A stretch of DNA of 64,000 bases from Candidatus Hydrogenedentota bacterium. Lineage in GTDB: Bacteria; Hydrogenedentota; Hydrogenedentia; Hydrogenedentales; SLHB01. The DNA lies in assembly GCA_963674865.2 (NCBI GenBank), contig CAXXYE010000009.1, positions 192,001 through 256,000 of the forward strand, written 5' to 3'. The position numbers and the translations under genes are program-made. Positions 58,531-64,000 of this stretch are shown here, one piece after another (positions within the stretch are counted from its first letter, which is position 1; each line of letters starts with the position of its first letter). Under the pieces are notes generated by a model. The model had not been told where the DNA came from. It did no database searches and saw only the letters and a list, made by a program, of their open reading frames with translations.

Positions 58531-59163
58531 ATGCATAAGAGACGCGATGGATTCAGTCTGATCGAGCTGCTTGTCGTGATGGCCATCATCAGCATCCTCA
58601 TGGCAATGTACGCGAGTACGCTGACGAAGGCGACCCGTAAGGCGAAGGCGGTGGCCACGTCCGAAGCCTTTCGTCAGGATCACATCGGCCGCGTCGCAGA
58701 CAATGCCCTGGTTCTGAACGCAAACAACGCGCGGCGTATTGGCCGCGACGAGTGCCGCAGAAACTACCACAAGACCGTCAACACATCGGAAGGCGAGCGG
58801 TATGTAACCGAGCTCTGCTATACCGTCAGCAATGAAGACGAATTTGAGGCCTACTGGCACACCTTGATCAATCCGGAGAATAAGGACGAACTCGTGTGGA
58901 CGGACAGAAACCACCTCGTAGCTAGCGATCCACAGGGCAACGAGTATTTCCTCCGTTCTCTCGAAGAGCATCTCGGCAAATCGGACATCCCCAAGATGTG
59001 GGAGTTTCTCGCTGTCAACCTTGGGAACACTACTCTCGACAACGTCGGCATCAACGTGTTATTCAGCGATGGCCACGTCGAGTATCTGCCGTACCCCGAC
59101 AAGTTCCCCTGTTGTGCCACCGTAGCCAAGCTGTCCGAGCAGTTTGTGCGGCACTACTTATAA
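58531..59163 (+). CDS. Prepilin-type N-terminal methylation protein with C-terminal NxxFxDGHV motif
   Basis: GFSLIELLVVMAII; GINVLFSDGHVE. Confidence 0.8.
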   Translation: MHKRRDGFSLIELLVVMAIISILMAMYASTLTKATRKAKAVATSEAFRQDHIGRVADNALVLNANNARRIGRDECRRNYHKTVNTSEGERYVTELCYTVSNEDEFEAYWHTLINPENKDELVWTDRNHLVASDPQGNEYFLRSLEEHLGKSDIPKMWEFLAVNLGNTTLDNVGINVLFSDGHVEYLPYPDKFPCCATVAKLSEQFVRHYL

Positions 59164-59188
59164 CCTCGACGTGGGGGGGGGGAACGCC

Positions 59189-60304
59189 CTATCGCTTACC
59201 TGTCCGCGATCCGAGCAGCGGCAGCAGTTCCCGGGCAATCTTGGGCAGAGCGTACTGCCCGAAATCGTGCCGCAAGATCCATTTCACTTGCGTGTGGAAG
59301 GCCGGGATGGGCTTTCCGCCGATATGGACGCAGCGGTATGCGCTCAGGTTGACTCGGAAGTGGGAATAGGCGTGATTCATGACGCCCAGCATCCCGGCCA
59401 CCTCGATGTCGATGCCCAGTAGTACCTTCATGCCCCGGATGAGGGCCGCCTCGTGGGATTGGCCCGAGCGGACCTCGGCCGAAGGAAACTCCCACAGCCC
59501 CGCCAGCAATCCGTCGCTCGGGCGTTTCGCCATGAGATAGCGCCCGTTCTTCATTACAATCGCTGCCACGGCCTCCTGTCGAGGGATGGACTTCTTCGCG
59601 CGGCGCACCGGCCGCTCCTCTTGCACGCCCAGCGCGAGGGCCGCGCAGTGCCGCGCCACGGGACACGCCGCGCATTGCGGCGCCCTTGGCGTGCAGATCC
59701 GTGCGCCCAGTTCCATCATCGCCTGGTTAAAGTCGCCGGGCGCGTTCCGCGGGACAAGCGCCGCCGCCTCATCCCAAAGCGCCCGCTCCGTCGCGGTGTC
59801 GTCAATGCAGGAAGTGATGTTTCGCAGGCGCGACAGAACGCGTTTGACATTGCCGTCGAGCACCGGCGCCGGCTCGCCGAAGGCGATGCTTACGATGGCT
59901 CCGGCGGTGTACCTGCCCACGCCCGGCAGGGCCATCCATTCGCGGGCTGTTGTCGGGAAGCGCCCCTCATATTGCTCTGCGAGCACCTTCGCGGCGCGGT
60001 GGAGGTTTCTTGCCCGGCGGTAGTAGCCCAGGCCCTCCCACACTCTCAGGACGGCATCCTCTTCGGCCGAGGCCAGCGCGCTGAGGGTGGGGAACGAGGC
60101 GATGAAGCGCTCGTAGTAAGGCAGCCCCTGCTCTACGCGCGTCTGCTGCAAGATGATCTCGGCGATCCATACCTTGTAAGGCTCAGGTTTTCGGCGCCAG
60201 GGAAGATCGCGCGCGGTGCGCCGGTACCACGCCAGCAGTGATCGCCGGAAGCCGCCCTTCGCCGGGCCTCGGATGGCACGAGACTCGCCAGGCGCGTGGA
60301 TCAT
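59189..60304 (-). CDS. mutY: A/G-specific adenine glycosylase
   Basis: RDLPWR, EIILQQT, WEGLGYY, LPGVGRYTA, DGNVKRV, C-x6-C-x2-C-x5-C, NUDIX-like C-terminus. Confidence 0.95.
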   Translation of the reverse strand: MIHAPGESRAIRGPAKGGFRRSLLAWYRRTARDLPWRRKPEPYKVWIAEIILQQTRVEQGLPYYERFIASFPTLSALASAEEDAVLRVWEGLGYYRRARNLHRAAKVLAEQYEGRFPTTAREWMALPGVGRYTAGAIVSIAFGEPAPVLDGNVKRVLSRLRNITSCIDDTATERALWDEAAALVPRNAPGDFNQAMMELGARICTPRAPQCAACPVARHCAALALGVQEERPVRRAKKSIPRQEAVAAIVMKNGRYLMAKRPSDGLLAGLWEFPSAEVRSGQSHEAALIRGMKVLLGIDIEVAGMLGVMNHAYSHFRVNLSAYRCVHIGGKPIPAFHTQVKWILRHDFGQYALPKIARELLPLLGSRTGKR

Positions 60305-61263
60305 TCGCTTCCCAGGTACGCCCTCACTTCATCGAGGACGTCGGCGCGGCCGGCCCAGGGCTTGTACACGAGCCGGCTCTCGAGGCAATATTCCTGATCC
60401 ACCGCGTAGTCCGGCACGATCATCTGGAAGTCCCAGGCCGGATTGGTATCATCCCCGGCCTTTGTTGAGCTCCCGCCCGACGGAGAATGGGCGAACCGGA
60501 TGTTCGGGCCTGGGTGGAAGATATAGATCAGCGCCATGTCTCGAAACCGGCCGTAGAAGAACGGCTCGGAATAGCGCAGCGGCGACAGGCTGTCGAACAA
60601 GGATGCGTTCTTTCCCGGCAGCGCGATGGCGTCGGGATCGCTTTCGTGGCGGACGGTGCTGTCTCGATCATGCGCCTGCGTGCACAACTGAAGCCAGTGA
60701 GGTTTTTCGAGTGACGCCCCGGGCCCCAGGAAGTACATGCTCTTGTTAATGGGCGCGTTGATATAGGAGGCCCAGAAGACTCCAAAAAAACCGCCCTCGA
60801 ACACGTCTTTTCGCGGGATGCAGCGAAACGTGAAGTCGATGTAATAAGGCTCCTTCAACTCGAAGCGCGTCCAGCTTTCCATGCCGTAATGGCTCGTGGG
60901 CGGCTGGTAGAGCTCGACGGCCGTGTCGCTGACGCGGTGCGTCGTCATGGCGGCGTGCCGCGGCTCCATGAAGATGCTGCGGTCGCGTTCCGGTACGCGC
61001 CCGTCAAAGAAATGCTCGAGATTGAGCCCGGCGTAATCCGCCACGAATGGCGACTCCTCCTGGCCGGGCGCACGCATCGCGAAGACGCCGTTGTATCCGC
61101 CGCGGTGCTCGCCCAGGGATTTGTTGTTCCCTATGGTGCACTCCAATTGCGCCGCCCTGAGCACCACGTAATCGGCTTCCGTAGCCGGGCCGCGCGGGTC
61201 GTCGGCCCCATCCGTTATCTGTGCGGCCGACCAGAGTTGTAGGGCGATCAGTGCGCAGTGCAA
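60301..61263 (-). CDS. Hypothetical exported protein, possibly mutarotase-like beta-sandwich
   Basis: TTG start after AAGGAGG; aromatic-rich; coupled to mutY. Confidence 0.55.
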   Translation of the reverse strand: MHCALIALQLWSAAQITDGADDPRGPATEADYVVLRAAQLECTIGNNKSLGEHRGGYNGVFAMRAPGQEESPFVADYAGLNLEHFFDGRVPERDRSIFMEPRHAAMTTHRVSDTAVELYQPPTSHYGMESWTRFELKEPYYIDFTFRCIPRKDVFEGGFFGVFWASYINAPINKSMYFLGPGASLEKPHWLQLCTQAHDRDSTVRHESDPDAIALPGKNASLFDSLSPLRYSEPFFYGRFRDMALIYIFHPGPNIRFAHSPSGGSSTKAGDDTNPAWDFQMIVPDYAVDQEYCLESRLVYKPWAGRADVLDEVRAYLGSE

Positions 61264-61402
61264 ATCATCTCCTCCTTGACGCTCCCCATTCTCCCAGAGG
61301 ATGTGAACGAATATCGCAGGAAAAGGGGACATGTTCCAAGCGCCGTCCCCGGCGCGACTACGTGTCCCCTGTTCCGGATACCACCGCTGTCCTCATAAGC
61401 TC

Positions 61403-62692
61403 TCAGAGCTTCTTGAGCCTGATGTTACGGAATGCCACGTGGCGTCCATGATCCTGAAGTCCAATGAAGCCGCGGCGCAGCCGCACCTTTAGTTCATCAT
61501 CGTCATCCAAGTTCAAGTCTTGAATCACCTCGCCGTTGAGTACGGCCTTGAGTTTCGGGCCGTCCAGCGTTATCTCAAGCGTGTTCCACTCGTCGTCAGG
61601 CTTGGTGGCGTCTTTTGCAGGCGCTACGACGCTGTAGATCGAGCCCGTGCTCGTCTTGGTGGGCTCCTTGCCGTGGTCGCCCTGCAACTGGAATTCCATA
61701 CCGATCTTGGATGAGCGGTTGGCCCGGGGCGCGCGCAGGAAGATGCCGCTGTTGCCGTCTTTTTCGATCTTCCATTCGATCCTGAGGATGAAATTGCCGT
61801 AGCGATCGCGCGTGCGGATGGTTTCCCCGCCTCGCTTGGCCCATTCAATAGCGCCGTCTTTCACCCGGAATCCGTCCTGTTCACCCGTGATAATCCAGCC
61901 GTCCAAGGTCTTGCCGTCGAACAGGGCGATCCACCCCTCCGCACGCTCCTGTTCCGTGAGAACCGAATTGTCGGGCTCCCACGGCTCCTTCTCCGCGGGA
62001 TCTTCATTGGCTTTATCGAGGGTGGCGTAATTTTCCGGCTTGTCGGGCAAGACGAAATGGAGGTCGGCGCTGATCGATCTCGGCATCTTGCCTACCAGCA
62101 GGAACTCCCGGTTCTCGGTATCGGCTGGCGCCTTCGGAACCGCGGTGATGTGGCCGCCTTCCGGCGCGATAACCACAAGCTTTCGCGCCTTCCTATGGAA
62201 TTTCGCGGCCAACTTGCCCGCGTCCGGCCCGTCAATCCAATAAACAATGCGCCGCTCTTTCTTCAGCGCCTTGGCCACGGCGCCCACGTTCTTCAGTCGC
62301 TCGTGCTCATCCGCGCCCAGCATGGCGCCGGAGATGCGGCAGATGGCTCCCATTCGGCGGTAGACATAGGCCTCGATGAGCCTGTCGAGCGTTTCCCGAG
62401 TCTCCTTCGAGAGCTTTCCCGACTCAATATCCAGCTCATCCAGGTCGAAGCAGACGGTGTTCGCGCCCACCTCGGATACCTGCCTCAGCGCGATGGCGAT
62501 GTCCTCGTCCGATGTTCCGGGCGTGGCGATCCCCGGCGTCTCGATAGCGGCGAGCCTGAATGGCTTATCGCGCCTCATCAGCGCGTCGTCTTTCATATAA
62601 AACTTGTCTTTCTCAACATCCCCCGCCGCGGCTGCGGCGAATCCCACGGCCGCAAGCAGCGCAAGAACCATAGCTGTGCAACGGAACTTCAT
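61403..62692 (-). CDS. Exported DUF1080 (3-keto-disaccharide hydrolase-like) domain protein
   Basis: Signal peptide; EGWIALFDGKTLDGW, GNSGIF, EWN, GFIGLQDHG, FRNIR. Confidence 0.8.
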   Translation of the reverse strand: MKFRCTAMVLALLAAVGFAAAAAGDVEKDKFYMKDDALMRRDKPFRLAAIETPGIATPGTSDEDIAIALRQVSEVGANTVCFDLDELDIESGKLSKETRETLDRLIEAYVYRRMGAICRISGAMLGADEHERLKNVGAVAKALKKERRIVYWIDGPDAGKLAAKFHRKARKLVVIAPEGGHITAVPKAPADTENREFLLVGKMPRSISADLHFVLPDKPENYATLDKANEDPAEKEPWEPDNSVLTEQERAEGWIALFDGKTLDGWIITGEQDGFRVKDGAIEWAKRGGETIRTRDRYGNFILRIEWKIEKDGNSGIFLRAPRANRSSKIGMEFQLQGDHGKEPTKTSTGSIYSVVAPAKDATKPDDEWNTLEITLDGPKLKAVLNGEVIQDLNLDDDDELKVRLRRGFIGLQDHGRHVAFRNIRLKKL

Positions 62693-62851
62693 CTTGGCCT
62701 CCTGTCAGGTTGCTCGTAGTCCAGGAATGCCAAATTTACCACACTTCCCCTGTTTGACGGAATCGCCGGCTCGAAAGCTCCTTGAATTACCCGCCTTGGT
62801 GCGGGATACTGCCTATGGTCTGGCGGCAACCACTGGGAGAACCCAGTTCCG

Positions 62852-64000
62852 ATGATCCAACGAGTGTCATGGCACGAGCGGTTGGGCAGCGTGGAGTGCT
62901 TTGCGTCGCTGGACGACACCTTGCTTGGACTCCTCGAGCAGCACATGCGGGTGCAGTCCTACGCGTCGGGGGCGGTGATCTGCGAAGAGGGTGAGCCGGG
63001 GGAGTGGATGTTCGTTGTGGGCGCCGGCGAGGTGGCCGTGATTAACAAGGTTGCCGACGGCACGCGCATCCAGGTGGCCACGCTTCACGCGGGGGATTAT
63101 GGCGGCGTGATGAGTCTCATTGAGGACGAGCCGCGTTCCGCCACGCTCGAAGCGCGCGGCCCGGTGGAGCTGTGGGTGCTGGATCATAGCGTGTTTCGCG
63201 GCCTCCTCGAAACGCACAGCGACCTCGCCATGGGAATGTTGAAATTCATGAGCCGCGGTCTCCGCCGGGACTCGAAGAACCTTGCCACCACACTGCATTA
63301 CGTCGATCAGGGCGGACTCCAGAGCCTCTACGAGGAGTGCTCCCCGGAGGAGCGGCTTGTTCTAGACACGATCAACCACAAGGTCGCCGCCGCAGAATCC
63401 CTCGACGCGGTGATGGAGTTCTTGTTCAACTCGATCCGCTGGGTCAGCCCCTGCGATCGGCTGGCGCTGGCGTTTCTCGAAGAAGATGCCAACCGCCTCG
63501 TAATGCACTGGGTCCGGGCGGACTACAAACCCTTGCTCATGACAAAAGGGCATGTCTGGGATCTTCAGGATAGTCACGTTGAGATCGTCGTCGACACGGG
63601 CGTTCCCCACGTCATCAACGACTTGGGCCGCTACCTGGAGGCACACCCGGACAGCCCGGATATTGAACTGCTCTTCCGGGAGGGCGTTCGAGCGAATATC
63701 ACGTTCCCCCTGGCCGTCGAGGGCCGGTCGATAGGCGTGTTGTTCTACAGTGCCACCACGCCCGACGCGTATGACGATCACCACGTGCGCCTTCACCTGG
63801 CCATCGCCGATCGATTGAGCCAGACGGTGGAGAAGGCCTACCAAATCGAGCGGCTTGACGCAGCCAACAAGGCCTATTTCGAGATGCTCGGATTCGTGAG
63901 CCACGAGCTGAAGAGTCCGCTGGCCTCCACGGTGATGGACGGTGACGTGCTCCTAGCCGGCTACCTCGGCGAACTCGAGCCGGCGCACCATCAGAAGGTC
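62852..64000 (+). CDS. cNMP-binding + GAF + histidine kinase (3' end outside window; absent from ORF track)
   Basis: Manual translation MIQRVSWHERL...ICEEGEPGEWMFVV...PRSAT; GAF FPLAVEGRSIGVL; H-box GFVSHELKSPL. Confidence 0.85.
   Translation, partial: MIQRVSWHERLGSVECFASLDDTLLGLLEQHMRVQSYASGAVICEEGEPGEWMFVVGAGEVAVINKVADGTRIQVATLHAGDYGGVMSLIEDEPRSATLEARGPVELWVLDHSVFRGLLETHSDLAMGMLKFMSRGLRRDSKNLATTLHYVDQGGLQSLYEECSPEERLVLDTINHKVAAAESLDAVMEFLFNSIRWVSPCDRLALAFLEEDANRLVMHWVRADYKPLLMTKGHVWDLQDSHVEIVVDTGVPHVINDLGRYLEAHPDSPDIELLFREGVRANITFPLAVEGRSIGVLFYSATTPDAYDDHHVRLHLAIADRLSQTVEKAYQIERLDAANKAYFEMLGFVSHELKSPLASTVMDGDVLLAGYLGELEPAHHQKV

Overview
GC-rich bacterial chromosomal window made up mostly of housekeeping genes. 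The gene mix (DGHV-type prepilin-like protein, SBP-permease fusion, DUF1080, GH92) tentatively suggests Hydrogenedentota or a PVC-like lineage; this is inference only. The window appears to contain the replication origin: DnaA-box clusters flank a lone dnaN (no dnaA, recF or gyrB nearby), and a DnaA-box/DnaA-trio/AT-rich unwinding element lies directly upstream of dnaN. parS palindromes sit about 15 kb away at rsmG, and a third DnaA-box cluster lies at about 7.3 kb. Tandem NrdR-type boxes lie upstream of nrdD and nrdR and, unexpectedly, upstream of a LysM lytic transglycosylase. The best candidate for an undescribed system is a coupled peptidoglycan-recycling operon: GH1 homologue, BadF-type kinase::MurQ fusion, SpoIID/LytB, AnmK. 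Its GH1 has lost the catalytic nucleophile and the residues around it. Accessory elements are a 3.55-kb island in tRNA-Ser(GGA) (decayed integrase, hicBA, two zinc-ribbon membrane proteins) and an intact IS4-family element with a 9-bp target duplication. An orphan glycyl-radical enzyme and a cNMP-GAF-histidine kinase truncated by the window end are also present. No CRISPR array or rRNA was seen.
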